Made by a program: the position numbers and the translations under genes. A stretch of DNA of 64,000 bases from a bacterium (GTDB lineage: Bacteria; Elusimicrobiota; Elusimicrobia; UBA1565; UBA9628), in NCBI GenBank assembly GCA_021822495.1, contig JAKAQO010000003.1, positions 83,227 through 147,226 on the forward strand. Direction: 5' to 3'. Positions 18,930-29,313 of this stretch are shown in pieces. A model generated the notes under the pieces. That model made no database searches and was not told where the DNA came from. It saw only the letters and a program-made list of their open reading frames with translations. Position 1 is the stretch's first letter; every line of letters begins with the position of its first letter.

Positions 18930-20498
18930 ATGAGAACCTTAAACGAGCTCTTGGATCATTCCGCCCAAAATAGCCGCCCTGGTATAGGACTTTTGACTGA
19001 AACGGAAAATCTCCCTTATGCCGAGCTTAAAAACCGCGTTTTAACCATCGCTTCAAACTTTAAGAGAAACGGAATTAAAAAAGGAGACCGAGTCGCCATT
19101 ATCCACCGCAACAGCCCGGTTTTTATCGAGACCTACTTCGCGCTTTCCCGCTTGGGCGCAATCGCGGTCCCCATCAATTATATGATCCATCATCCCGAGG
19201 AGTTGGCTTATATGCTCAACGACTGCGGAGCGGTTGGAATCGTGACTCAGAAAGAATTTATTAAAGGCCTGCGCGAAGCCGCAAAACTCACTGGTCAAAT
19301 CAAATTTATTTGGATGAGCGACGAAGATAAATCCGCCGGTCTTGAAAAGGAATATCCCTTTTCCGATCTGCTTAAAGACAGCGCTTTAGAAACCTTCGAT
19401 CCGGTCTTAGAGGAAGACGTGGCCGTTATTCTTTACACCTCGGGAACCACCGGAAAACCCAAAGGGGTCATGCTGACCCACAGAAATTTAATCACTAATA
19501 CGGAAGGCGGCATCGCCCGGCTGAATCTTTTTTCTCATGACTCAAGCCTGGCCATTTTGCCGATGTTTCACACCTTGGCTTGGACCGCCAATGTTTTAGT
19601 CTCCCTGCGCCTCTGCGCCCGTTTGGCCATCGCCCCGTCTATTACTCCCCCCAAGCCCTGGCTCAATCTCATGGCCAAAAGCAAAACTACTTTATTTTTA
19701 GCGGTGCCTCAAATTTATTCCTTGTTGGCTAAGTCCTCCAAAGGGCTTAAAGGATTTATTTTGCGCCATTGGTATTTTCGGAAGGTTCGCATGGCTGTTT
19801 CAGGCGCGGCTCCTTTAAACTCGGCGACTTGCCAGGAGTTCGAACGAGCGTTTAAAGTGAAGATTCTTGAGGGTTATGGGCTCACCGAAACCTCTCCAGT
19901 CATCACGATTAATTCGCCCGAGCGGCCCAAGCCCGACAGCGTGGGAAAGCCCATTGAGGGCGTCGAGGTTAAAATCGTCGATGATGAGGAGCGCGTTCTT
20001 AAAGCCGGAGAGGAAGGAGAAATTTGCGCCAGAGGACATTGCGTGATGAAAGGCTATTATAACCTTCCCGAAGAGACGAAAAAAACCTTCACTAAAGACG
20101 GTTGGCTTAAAACCGGAGACATCGGAATCTTAGACGAGGAAGGATACCTTTTCATCCGCGACCGCAAGAAAGACATGATCATCATCAAGGGTCTCAAGGT
20201 TTTTTCGGCCCAAGTCGAAGCAACACTGGCGGAAAACCCCGAAATTCTTGAATCGGCCGTCATCGGGGTTCCCGATGAGCACGGGGATGAAATCATTAAA
20301 GCCTTTATCGTCCTTAAGCCGGGCTCCAAGGAAGACAAATCCTCCTTGATGAAATACTGCCGGGAAAAATTTGATTCCTACAAGCGTCCCCGCGATATCG
20401 AGATCGTGGAATCCTTGCCGAAAAATTCCCTTCAAAAAATACTCAAACGGACGTTGCGCGAGATGGAAACAAAAAAACGCGCGGCCTCCGTCGGTTAA
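18930..20498 (+). CDS. Long-chain fatty acid-CoA ligase (AMP-binding)
   Basis: YTSGTTGKPKG, GYGLTE, GWLKTGD, DRKKDMI. Confidence 0.92.
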   Translation: MRTLNELLDHSAQNSRPGIGLLTETENLPYAELKNRVLTIASNFKRNGIKKGDRVAIIHRNSPVFIETYFALSRLGAIAVPINYMIHHPEELAYMLNDCGAVGIVTQKEFIKGLREAAKLTGQIKFIWMSDEDKSAGLEKEYPFSDLLKDSALETFDPVLEEDVAVILYTSGTTGKPKGVMLTHRNLITNTEGGIARLNLFSHDSSLAILPMFHTLAWTANVLVSLRLCARLAIAPSITPPKPWLNLMAKSKTTLFLAVPQIYSLLAKSSKGLKGFILRHWYFRKVRMAVSGAAPLNSATCQEFERAFKVKILEGYGLTETSPVITINSPERPKPDSVGKPIEGVEVKIVDDEERVLKAGEEGEICARGHCVMKGYYNLPEETKKTFTKDGWLKTGDIGILDEEGYLFIRDRKKDMIIIKGLKVFSAQVEATLAENPEILESAVIGVPDEHGDEIIKAFIVLKPGSKEDKSSLMKYCREKFDSYKRPRDIEIVESLPKNSLQKILKRTLREMETKKRAASVG

Positions 20499-20502
20499 AA
20501 AA

Positions 20503-22023
20503 GTGCCTGTCTCGCCTCCCCCATGGCCCCAAGAGGCTAAGCGCCTTTTATCCATCGCGTCTTCAATCGACCCGAATTTCTTTGCCGTTGGGGGATCAGT
20601 TCGAGACCTCTTTCTGAAGCGACCCATTCATGATTTAGATCTCGCGTCTTTTGCGGCATCAACTCTCGCAAAAAAACTCTCAGCTGTTTTCCGCGTCAAA
20701 CAAATTGTTTTGGATGAAGAAAATGCGGTTTACCGCCTTATCCTTCCCCCTCAATACAAGACGACCCAACAAATCGATATCGCGCAAATACAAGGCAAAA
20801 CCATTGAAGATGATCTCCACCGGCGAGACTTCACGGTTAACGCGATGGCCTTATCCGCCTCAACAAAAACCCTGCTTGACCCCAGAAATGGGATGAAAGA
20901 TATAGGCAAAAAAATTCTGCGCTGTGAATCGGAAGACATTCTGAAATCCGATCCTTTAAGAATTTTGCGCGCTTTTCGCCTCTCGGCGCAACTGGGTTTT
21001 AAGATTGAAAAAAACACGCTCAAACTCATCAAGAATGTCAAGGATTTAACTCTGAATCCGGCCGGAGAAAGAATCCATAGCGAAATACTCTCTCTCTTGG
21101 AAGTTCCAAATTCTTCTCGCCAGCTTGTCATGATGGACCGGTGTGGAGTCCTCACTTCTTTATTTCCCGCTCTTGAAGCCCAAAGAGATACCGCCGTTGA
21201 ATATTATGGGAAAGGCGGAGTCTTAACCCATTCCTTAACCGCCGCAGAGAGGGCTGATTTTTTGATGAGCCATCTAAAACTCGTGTTTCCCAAACACTAC
21301 AAGGCCATCAGCCAGTCTCGAAGAAATATCGTCATTCTTTCCGCGCTTCTCCATGATATCGCCAAACCCGCCACCGCCCGAATGGTCAAAGGCCGCCTCC
21401 ATTTTTTCGGACATGATCAATTGGGAGCGGAAAAAGTCTCAGAACTCCTTGAACTCCTTCGTTTTTCAAGGGAAGAAATATCTCTGATTCAATCCGCCAC
21501 GCGCCACCATTTAAGGCCTGGATATTTGGCTGAGGCGCCTCAAATCACGGAGAGAAGCCTCTACCGCTTCTTTCGAGATACGGGAAAAGACGTCCTTTAC
21601 ACGCTCCTGACGGCTTGGGCCGACCACACAAGTTACGTCCCGGAAAAATCAATCCGGGGCTTTCTGCCTCTAACCCAAAAACCCGTGGGCAAAGGCTTGG
21701 AAAAAGTTCCGCAAGATTTGAGAAAAACCCTAAAACATCTTCAAACCGTCAATCTCTTGGTCTCCCGACTTTTAAACCCTAGGAAAGAAGTCATCCCGTC
21801 TCCAGTTGTGAACGGCAACGACATCATGAAGGCGCTTAAAATCCCACAGGGTCCTGAAATCGGGAAAATCCTGGAAAGAATCCGGGAAGAACAGTCTGCG
21901 GGGAAAATTAAAAATCGGGAAGAAGCCTTCGCGTTTCTACTCAAAAAAAATTTCAACGCCAAGAACTCGAAAGGCGCAAAGGCATCTGGCAGCGATCCGA
22001 AAAATAAGGGATCAAAGCCTTGA
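20503..22023 (+). CDS. Class II tRNA nucleotidyltransferase with HD domain, probably CC-adding
   Basis: GGSVRD..DLDL, RRDFTVNAM, DPLRILRAFR, LLHDIAK. GTG 20503 chosen because it follows the ligase stop. Confidence 0.88.
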   Translation: MPVSPPPWPQEAKRLLSIASSIDPNFFAVGGSVRDLFLKRPIHDLDLASFAASTLAKKLSAVFRVKQIVLDEENAVYRLILPPQYKTTQQIDIAQIQGKTIEDDLHRRDFTVNAMALSASTKTLLDPRNGMKDIGKKILRCESEDILKSDPLRILRAFRLSAQLGFKIEKNTLKLIKNVKDLTLNPAGERIHSEILSLLEVPNSSRQLVMMDRCGVLTSLFPALEAQRDTAVEYYGKGGVLTHSLTAAERADFLMSHLKLVFPKHYKAISQSRRNIVILSALLHDIAKPATARMVKGRLHFFGHDQLGAEKVSELLELLRFSREEISLIQSATRHHLRPGYLAEAPQITERSLYRFFRDTGKDVLYTLLTAWADHTSYVPEKSIRGFLPLTQKPVGKGLEKVPQDLRKTLKHLQTVNLLVSRLLNPRKEVIPSPVVNGNDIMKALKIPQGPEIGKILERIREEQSAGKIKNREEAFAFLLKKNFNAKNSKGAKASGSDPKNKGSKP

Positions 22024-23980
22024 TGGATGAGACGTGTTTTTCAGCCGCCTCTTCTCCCGCGCGAATAATTTCCCGCGCGCGATGCAAATCGCTCCAAGAA
22101 AACCCCTGAATGTCCGGCTGGATGACGATTTGAGAAAGCCCGGAACGGGATTTGGCTATTTCATATTCCGCCGTATAGATCATGTGAAAGAAAACGCGCG
22201 AGAGACTGGGGGCCTTGAATATCGCGGGCAAACCCGGCAAGATTGGCTCTTCCGCTTTGGGCTTCTGTCTTCCGGTATAATGGGCCGCCGGCAAAGTCAG
22301 GTTAATCGAAATCAAGATATCCGCCCCTTTGTCGGCCACCACTCGAACGGGAACGGGATTAATCAACCCTCCATCAATGAGGTAACGGCCATTCAAAAAG
22401 TAAGGCTCAAAAATCACCGGCAAGCTTGAGCTCGCCCGCACCGCTTCCGCCAAATTTCCTTCGTCAATCACGACCTCTTCTCCGGTTTCGATATCGGTCG
22501 CAACGCAAGCAAAGGGAATCTCGCAATCGGAAAAATTTTTTTGACCAAATAAAGACCGGTAGAGATTCAACAAGGAATCTCCGGAAAAAAGACCCGAACG
22601 GGGCACGCTCAAATCAAGGAACAGTCGGCTATACATCCAGAATTTATCGATACGCAAAGCGACCCTTTCCATTTCCTCCGGCTCCATCCCCATCGCGGCC
22701 AAACCGCCAATCAAAGCGCCCATCGAGGTCCCGGAAATAATATCGATGGGAATCCCTTCTCTCTTAAAAACTTTAAGGACGCCGATGATGGAATACCCTA
22801 GAGCCGCGCCGGAACCGCAAGCGAGCCCAATCCGAACGCCGCCCAAACGCCGCGCCAAACGCTCGATAGTCGACCTTGTTTTAGGAGAAGTTTCAAGCGC
22901 TTCGTAAATACCGACTCCGGAATTCAGCTTATCTTTAATGGCGGAAGTCCAAGGAATCACCAAATCCCGGCCAAGACCTTCGCGCAAAACATCCTCTGGT
23001 GGATTATCTCCGCACCAAGCCTTGAGAAGCCTTGTCTCCGGAACCAGGGAAGCGAACTCTTCCTGTAATTTTCGATAGGGAGACAAACACGAAGTGGAAC
23101 CAAGCAAAATGACTTTGTCGGCTTCCAGTAAAACTTTTTCCTCAACCGCTCCCACGGGTCCGCTGAGCGCCACCAAAACCATGTCATGAGATTCCCGTAA
23201 AAAATTAACAAATAAATAAATTCCCGCCAGAAGGCTCCCCGACAAATTTTCGGCGGGAATGCTTAAGACCTCAAGCCCCGAGGCGTGCTGCTGCGACAGG
23301 GTTCGGATGCGTCCGGGATCGCGCAGATTCATATTGAGCAAGAGTTGCCGGGTCACTGGAGAGGACTTTAAGCCCAAGGAGCGGGCGACAGCCCCGGCGT
23401 CAGGATTCATGTCGATGAGCAAAACCCTTCTTCTGGTTTGTTCCAACAATTGAAGCCCCAGGTGCGCGCTCAATAAATGCCGTTCACCCTCCTCGCAGGC
23501 GCAATAAAAGGCAAAAAACTGAGTTGACTCTGTCGTCTTTTTAGGCGTTCCCCGAGTCGTCTGAATCAGGCGTTTGGTTAGGACATGGGTCAGGTGAAGC
23601 GAAATGGAGGGATTTTCTCTCAGTATCTCATGAAAATCCGCCCGCGGAAGCTTGAGAAACTCGCAAGTGCTAACTAATTGAACGGTGGCTGTCCGCCTTT
23701 CTCCGGTCAAAACGCCGCCTTCTCCCAAGGTTTCGCCTCTTCCCAAGAAAGCGTCCACGATCTCCTCGCTTCCTCTTAGATGGACGACGCGCACAAGCCC
23801 TGAAGCGATGATAAACAAACTATCCGGCTCATCTCCCTGCCGAAAAAGGGTCGCGCCTTTGGGCAAGGACAACAACTGCATTTTTTGGGCGATTTTATTT
23901 AATTCAGATTTAGGTAAGCCGGAAAAAATAGGGATACCCGCCAAAAACAGCTCCCACGCGCCAATCTCTTCAGGAGTCAT
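21953..23980 (-). CDS. cNMP-binding plus degenerate ParA/MinD-like plus patatin phospholipase fusion
   Basis: LFRQGD...GEGG..RTATV (CNBD); RVLLIDMN (ParA-like); GSGAALG, GTSMG, DGG (patatin). Confidence 0.85.
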   Translation of the reverse strand: MTPEEIGAWELFLAGIPIFSGLPKSELNKIAQKMQLLSLPKGATLFRQGDEPDSLFIIASGLVRVVHLRGSEEIVDAFLGRGETLGEGGVLTGERRTATVQLVSTCEFLKLPRADFHEILRENPSISLHLTHVLTKRLIQTTRGTPKKTTESTQFFAFYCACEEGERHLLSAHLGLQLLEQTRRRVLLIDMNPDAGAVARSLGLKSSPVTRQLLLNMNLRDPGRIRTLSQQHASGLEVLSIPAENLSGSLLAGIYLFVNFLRESHDMVLVALSGPVGAVEEKVLLEADKVILLGSTSCLSPYRKLQEEFASLVPETRLLKAWCGDNPPEDVLREGLGRDLVIPWTSAIKDKLNSGVGIYEALETSPKTRSTIERLARRLGGVRIGLACGSGAALGYSIIGVLKVFKREGIPIDIISGTSMGALIGGLAAMGMEPEEMERVALRIDKFWMYSRLFLDLSVPRSGLFSGDSLLNLYRSLFGQKNFSDCEIPFACVATDIETGEEVVIDEGNLAEAVRASSSLPVIFEPYFLNGRYLIDGGLINPVPVRVVADKGADILISINLTLPAAHYTGRQKPKAEEPILPGLPAIFKAPSLSRVFFHMIYTAEYEIAKSRSGLSQIVIQPDIQGFSWSDLHRAREIIRAGEEAAEKHVSSIKALIPYFSDRCQMPLRLSSSWR

Positions 23981-24543
23981 AAGCGCCTAGCAGCTTTAGT
24001 ATAATGCGAAAGTCCCATTGATTGGCAAGCCAAGAGGGCGATCACGGTTTTAGAGTCCTTGATTTTGCCGCGATAGAGAAGTTTAAGAGCGTCGCGAAGG
24101 GAAATCACGGTTTTATCGATAAATTCGTCATCGTCGGGAGAAGAAGTTCCAGGTTTTATATTTCGAGCGATAAACAAATGCAAAATTTCATTCGCGAAAG
24201 CCGGCGTGGGCCAATAACTCAACAAAGGTTCCATCTTGCCGCCGGAGTATCCAGTTTCTTCCCTCAGTTCGCGCCGGGCGCAGAGAACAGGGTTTTCCCC
24301 TTTAGCCAATTTGCCCGCTGGAATTTCCAAAGTGACCTCGCGCACGGGGTGGCGGTATTGCCGAACCATCACGATTGTTTCCCGATCAATAAACGGAACG
24401 ATGCCCACCGCCCCGGGATGGTCGATATACTCCCGGGTCGCGGTTTTCCCATTGGGAAGCCTCACCTGATCCACGCAAAAATCAACCGCGTTTCCACGGT
24501 AGACTCTTTGGGTTTTCAGATGTCTCTCAGAAAGATGCTTCAC
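23977..24543 (-). CDS. Nudix hydrolase (ADP-ribose pyrophosphatase-like)
   Basis: Nudix box G-x5-E-x5-ARRELREETG; QYRHP; DDDEFI. GTG 24543 is 6 nt after TATACT (24546 is the alternative start). Confidence 0.92.
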   Translation of the reverse strand: MKHLSERHLKTQRVYRGNAVDFCVDQVRLPNGKTATREYIDHPGAVGIVPFIDRETIVMVRQYRHPVREVTLEIPAGKLAKGENPVLCARRELREETGYSGGKMEPLLSYWPTPAFANEILHLFIARNIKPGTSSPDDDEFIDKTVISLRDALKLLYRGKIKDSKTVIALLACQSMGLSHYTKAARRL

Positions 24544-24572
24544 CACTCAAGTATAGCGGGATAAAGCGCGAT

Positions 24573-27500
24573 ATGCAACCGGAATTTGTCCACCTTCATA
24601 ATCACTCCGAATACTCTTTAATGGATGGGCTCATTCGTTTAAGCGATCCTTCAGGGAAACCATCAGCCGCCCTGGAATCGCTTGCCAAGCAAAAGGCCCG
24701 CGCCTTTGCCCTCACCGATCACGGCAATATGTACGGGGCTATAGAATTTTACCGCAACTGCTCCCAGGTCGGAGTCGTTCCCATCATCGGATGCGAAATG
24801 TATTTCGCGAAGGGCTCTCGCTTTGACCGCGGTCATTCTCAAAAAGAGAATTGCCACTTGACGGTCCTGGCGCGAAATTTCGAGGGCTATCAAAACCTCA
24901 TGGCCTTAGTCAGCAAGGGCTATTCCGAGGGCTATTATTACGACCCAAGAATCGACAAGGAGCTTTTGTCCAAGCACTCCAAGGGCCTTATCGTTTTATC
25001 CGGATGCCTTAAATCCGAAATCAGCCAACTGATTGTCTCCGGAAATTTAGTCGAGGCGGAAAAACTCTGCGCCTGGTTTAGAGACGCCCTTGAACCCGAC
25101 TGCTTTTATCTTGAGATTATGGATCATGGAATAGAAAAACAGCAGCAGGTGCTCAAAGCCCTTTTGGAGGTTCACGCCAAAACCAATATTCCGCTTATTG
25201 CCACAAACGACTGCCACTACTCCCACGCTTCCGATCATGACGCACACGACGCAAGGGTCTGCATCGCCACCGGGCGGAAAATAGAGGACACCGAACGCCT
25301 GAAATTTGAAAGTCACCAGTTTTATCTCAAGACCGCCGAAGAGATGCACAAATTATTTTCCTTCGCTCCCCAGGCCTTGACGAATACCCTGAAAGTCGCC
25401 GAAATGTGTCATCTTAAAATTCCGATGGATCAATTGATGCTTCCGCAATTTGACGTCCCGGAAGGGTTTACCCAGGATTCTTTTCTTGAAAAGCTGTGCG
25501 TGGACGGACTTAAAGCGCGGATGGGAGAAAGCATCCCCACCCCATATCAGGAACGCCTCAGCTATGAGTTATCGGTCATTAAGAGAATGGGGTTCTCGGG
25601 ATATTTTTTAATCGTCAGTGATTTCATCCACTACGCGCGAACTCAAAATATTCCGGTCGGCCCCGGAAGAGGCTCCGGCGCCGGGGCGCTAGTGGCCTAT
25701 TCTCTTAAAATCACCAACATCGATCCTATTAAAAACCGTCTCTTGTTTGAAAGATTTCTCAACCCCGATCGCAAATCCATGCCGGATCTGGATATTGATT
25801 TTGCCGATACCGGACGGGACCGCGTCATCGCCTACGTCCGCCAAAAATATGGAGAAGGAAACGTCGCCCAAATCATCACCTTCGGCTCCTTGGGCGCCAA
25901 ACTCGTCATCCGAGACGTCGCCCGCGTCATGGGCCTCCCTATTTCGGAAGCCGACCGCATCGCGAAAATGATTCCGGGCGGGCCCAACATTTCTCTCCAT
26001 GAAGAACTAAAGAACAACTCCGATCTAAAGGAAGCGATCAAAAATCCTTCCATAAAAAAACTCATTGACCTCGCTTTAAAACTGGAAGGACTCAAGCGAC
26101 ATACGGGAGTCCACGCGGCGGGGACCGTGATCACCAAAGAACCGGTGGTTCGTTACGCGCCCTTGGCCAAAAGCGCCCATTCCGAGGTGACCACCACCCA
26201 ATACGACGGAGACTCTCTCGCGAAGCTTGGACTCTTGAAAATAGACTTTTTAGGCCTAAGGACCCTCTCCATTATCGACGGCGCCGTGCGCCTGATTCGG
26301 GAAAGAAAAGAGCCCTCATTTGACATCGAGAATATTCCAATGGAGGATGCAAAAACTTTCGAGCTTTTGCGCTCCGCCCACGCTCTTGGGATTTTTCAGC
26401 TAGACTCCGAAGGCATCCGCAATCTCTTGCGCAGTCTTAAACCCACCACTTTTGAAGACATCGTCAGCGTCATCGCTCTTTTTAGGCCCGGCCCCATGCA
26501 GTCCGGAATGTTGGACATGTTCGTGGAGCGCAAACATGGGCGAAAAAAAATTACCTACGCTCATCCCCTTCTTGAACCTATCCTAAAAGAAACCTACGGG
26601 TGCGTGGTCTTTCAGGAACAAGTCATGGAAATCGCGAAGAAACTCGCGAATTTCACTCCCGGTCAAGCCGACAGCTTGAGAAAAGCCATGGGAAAAAAGA
26701 TTCCCGAGGAAATTGAGAAGCTGAGAAACGATTTCGTTCAGGGAGCGGCCACCCATTCCATCAACAAAACTCTCGCCGACAAGATTTATGATCAGCTCGT
26801 CGAGTTTGGCGGATACGGGTTCAATAAATCCCACTCCGCGGCCTATGGTCTTGTCGCTTATCAAACCGCCTATCTCAAAGCCAATTTTCCGCTGGAATTT
26901 ATGACCGCTCTGCTCACTTCCGAAATCGGACATTCCTCGGTACAAGCCGAAGGAAAAGAAAATAAGCTCGTGGTCTACATCAATGAAGCGGAAAGAATGG
27001 GCCTCAATGTTTTGCCGCCGGATGTTCAATCATCCGGCATCTTCTTTTCGCCCGAGGGCGAGCGCTCCATTCGATTTGGGCTTGTCGCCATAAAAAATGT
27101 CGGGCACGGCGCGGCGGAAGAAATCGTCCAAGCCCGAAAAGAAAAAAATTTTTCGTCCTGGGGGGATTTTATCGGACGCATAGGAGGGCAAGCCCTCAAC
27201 AAGAGAACGCTTGAATCCCTGATCAAAGCGGGAGCCGCCGACAATCTGGATCCGGAAAAAGAGATTCCACTCAAGCGATCCAGGCTTTTGGCCGAGATAG
27301 AAAATTCAAGCCGCGCCCAATCGGCCCGCCAAAAAGACATTGAAAGCGGTCAAGGACTTCTCTTTTCATCGGAGGAAATCGCGCCCGCTTTAATTCAGGA
27401 AGCCAAGGATTTTCCCATTTTCGACCAATCCGACATACTTAAATTTGAAAAAGAAATACTGGGGTTTTATCTTTCCGGGCATCCCCTCACCGCTATCAAA

Positions 27501-28064
27501 GAGCGTTTGTTGAAAGTGTCGAGTTCGCCAATCTCGGAATTGAGCGCGGCCAACGCGGAGAATGTCCGCGTCGCGGGGATTATTACTCAAGTCAAAAAAA
27601 TGACCTCCAAACGCAGCGGAGAACCCTGGGTGAAGGCCGCGCTTGAAGATCTCAGCGGAGAAGTTTCCCTTTTGGCTTTCCCGAGGGTTTACGCGAGCTT
27701 GGGACCTGAGAAAATCAAGACTGGGCTTGTCGTCGTCGTTTCTGGAAGACTTAATTCCAAGGAAGAGGACGCCGCGGCTGAAAAAGAGATCATCGTTGAA
27801 TCTGTGGAAGACTTTGAGGCCGTTTGGCAAAAAAAACAAATTCTTCAAGTCACTTTAAACGGCGCGAATGAAAATGAAGAAGCGCTCCTCACTCTCCGGG
27901 AAAATCTCGAGAAACACCCCGGGACGTCCAAGGTGTTTCTCGAAATCAAGGGCACGGGCGGAATTTTAGAGCTGGATTATCGCGTTCAGATCAACCAAAA
28001 TTTGTTAGAATCCATCGAGGCCCTTTTTGGCAAATCTTCATGGCAGATCAAAAGCGAATCTTAA
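24573..28064 (+). CDS. dnaE: DNA polymerase III alpha subunit
   Basis: FVHLHNHSEYS PHP domain, GPGRGSGAG, PDLDID, KIDFLGL, YGFNKSH, OB fold. Confidence 0.98.
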   Translation: MQPEFVHLHNHSEYSLMDGLIRLSDPSGKPSAALESLAKQKARAFALTDHGNMYGAIEFYRNCSQVGVVPIIGCEMYFAKGSRFDRGHSQKENCHLTVLARNFEGYQNLMALVSKGYSEGYYYDPRIDKELLSKHSKGLIVLSGCLKSEISQLIVSGNLVEAEKLCAWFRDALEPDCFYLEIMDHGIEKQQQVLKALLEVHAKTNIPLIATNDCHYSHASDHDAHDARVCIATGRKIEDTERLKFESHQFYLKTAEEMHKLFSFAPQALTNTLKVAEMCHLKIPMDQLMLPQFDVPEGFTQDSFLEKLCVDGLKARMGESIPTPYQERLSYELSVIKRMGFSGYFLIVSDFIHYARTQNIPVGPGRGSGAGALVAYSLKITNIDPIKNRLLFERFLNPDRKSMPDLDIDFADTGRDRVIAYVRQKYGEGNVAQIITFGSLGAKLVIRDVARVMGLPISEADRIAKMIPGGPNISLHEELKNNSDLKEAIKNPSIKKLIDLALKLEGLKRHTGVHAAGTVITKEPVVRYAPLAKSAHSEVTTTQYDGDSLAKLGLLKIDFLGLRTLSIIDGAVRLIRERKEPSFDIENIPMEDAKTFELLRSAHALGIFQLDSEGIRNLLRSLKPTTFEDIVSVIALFRPGPMQSGMLDMFVERKHGRKKITYAHPLLEPILKETYGCVVFQEQVMEIAKKLANFTPGQADSLRKAMGKKIPEEIEKLRNDFVQGAATHSINKTLADKIYDQLVEFGGYGFNKSHSAAYGLVAYQTAYLKANFPLEFMTALLTSEIGHSSVQAEGKENKLVVYINEAERMGLNVLPPDVQSSGIFFSPEGERSIRFGLVAIKNVGHGAAEEIVQARKEKNFSSWGDFIGRIGGQALNKRTLESLIKAGAADNLDPEKEIPLKRSRLLAEIENSSRAQSARQKDIESGQGLLFSSEEIAPALIQEAKDFPIFDQSDILKFEKEILGFYLSGHPLTAIKERLLKVSSSPISELSAANAENVRVAGIITQVKKMTSKRSGEPWVKAALEDLSGEVSLLAFPRVYASLGPEKIKTGLVVVVSGRLNSKEEDAAAEKEIIVESVEDFEAVWQKKQILQVTLNGANENEEALLTLRENLEKHPGTSKVFLEIKGTGGILELDYRVQINQNLLESIEALFGKSSWQIKSES

Positions 28065-28426
28065 TTGCCGATGATGACCCGGAACTTTTAGAATTATTAA
28101 AGACCGCCCTGGGTTATCAGAACTACGCGATTTCCGAGGCCAATGACGGGCGGCAAGCTCTTCAGACGGCTCTTTCAGAGACGTTTGACCTTGTCATTTT
28201 AGACGTGATGATGCCCTACATCGACGGCTATCATGTCGCCCATCAAATTTCCGATAAATTGGGCGAAAGATGTCCCCCGATTATCATCATGAGCAGCCGC
28301 GACGTCCAGAAGGAAAAAGGCATCGCTTTGATGAGCGGCGCTGAAGCCATCTTGCAAAAACCTTTTGAAATCGCGGCTTTTCAAGCCAAGGTCGCTGAAA
28401 TATTAAAACGGCCTCAAGCGCAATGA
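28040..28426 (+). CDS. Single-domain response regulator receiver
   Basis: ILIADDD, LDVMMP, KPF. Confidence 0.92.
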   Translation: MADQKRILIADDDPELLELLKTALGYQNYAISEANDGRQALQTALSETFDLVILDVMMPYIDGYHVAHQISDKLGERCPPIIIMSSRDVQKEKGIALMSGAEAILQKPFEIAAFQAKVAEILKRPQAQ

Positions 28427-29256
28427 GAGCAGGGGTTTTTTCAGCTCTGATTTTGCTTTTCCCCCTCGTTCAAGCCCAAGCCTCTTCAAACCCGTCTTCC
28501 GCCCCCTCCGCTCAAGTTTCCCCGCAAATGATTCCCATTAAACCGAAATCTCAACCCGAACAAGACGCGCTCGGGCTCATTCCCACGCCCACGGGGCTTA
28601 TCGAACCGGACACCATGATCATCGACGCCAATACTGCGGCCACCTTGGATCCCGGTACTTTCGCAACCCAAACGCGGTTTTATTCCGGCGGCGGAATTCT
28701 GCAATACGTTTCTCTCGGAGTTTTTAACGGCCTTAATATCGGGGCCTCGATCTCGGGCAATGGACTCGTTGGGAATGCTCCCTCGATTGCGGTTCCAACG
28801 CCTCAAGCCCAGGTTAAATATCGGTTTTTTGACGGCAATCGTTATGTGCCGGCTTTGGCCGTCGGTTATGACGGTCAAGGTTACGACTACAACCGCATCA
28901 CTCACAAATACAATGACCCCGCCCGAGGATTTTATCTGGTGGGAACCCAAGAACTTTTTATTCCGGGTCTTGTCTTTTCTCCTTCCGTCAACGCCTCGGG
29001 AACCAATTCCGGCGCTGTTTATGGGGCGTTGCCCGTCACCTACACTATCGCCAACAAAGTTGAGCTGATGGCTGAATGGGACAATATCCATAACATCTCC
29101 AACAGCCGGGTCAACGCTGGCATCCGCTTTTATATCACGAATCATTTTGACCTCGATCTGGCGGTACGGCGAGCCAATCAAAGCGGATATTATTCAGATG
29201 GAACTTCCAGAGGCCCGGAAAGAATCATCCAACTGCGCTATGTTGGAAATTTCTAA
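28423..29256 (+). CDS. Exported, probably outer-membrane beta-barrel protein (YjbH-like)
   Basis: Signal peptide, amphipathic beta strands, PALAVG, C-terminal YxxxF. Confidence 0.55.
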   Translation: MRAGVFSALILLFPLVQAQASSNPSSAPSAQVSPQMIPIKPKSQPEQDALGLIPTPTGLIEPDTMIIDANTAATLDPGTFATQTRFYSGGGILQYVSLGVFNGLNIGASISGNGLVGNAPSIAVPTPQAQVKYRFFDGNRYVPALAVGYDGQGYDYNRITHKYNDPARGFYLVGTQELFIPGLVFSPSVNASGTNSGAVYGALPVTYTIANKVELMAEWDNIHNISNSRVNAGIRFYITNHFDLDLAVRRANQSGYYSDGTSRGPERIIQLRYVGNF

Positions 29257-29313
29257 AACAGCCTGAAAATATCCGCTAAAAAAACGTAGAATAACGGCAG
29301 GGAGGTAAGTCCA

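Noticed and set aside
21953..22023. 71-bp convergent overlap next to an A8 run (slippage or sequencing error)
   Set aside because: Both proteins are complete before the overlap, and convergent overlaps also occur at 38743 and 45679.
21953..24543. CBASS/Pycsar defence call for the patatin genes
   Set aside because: No cyclase or CD-NTase in the window.
26932..26955. Small hairpin within a short DnaE insertion
   Set aside because: Too short and bulged to distinguish from chance.
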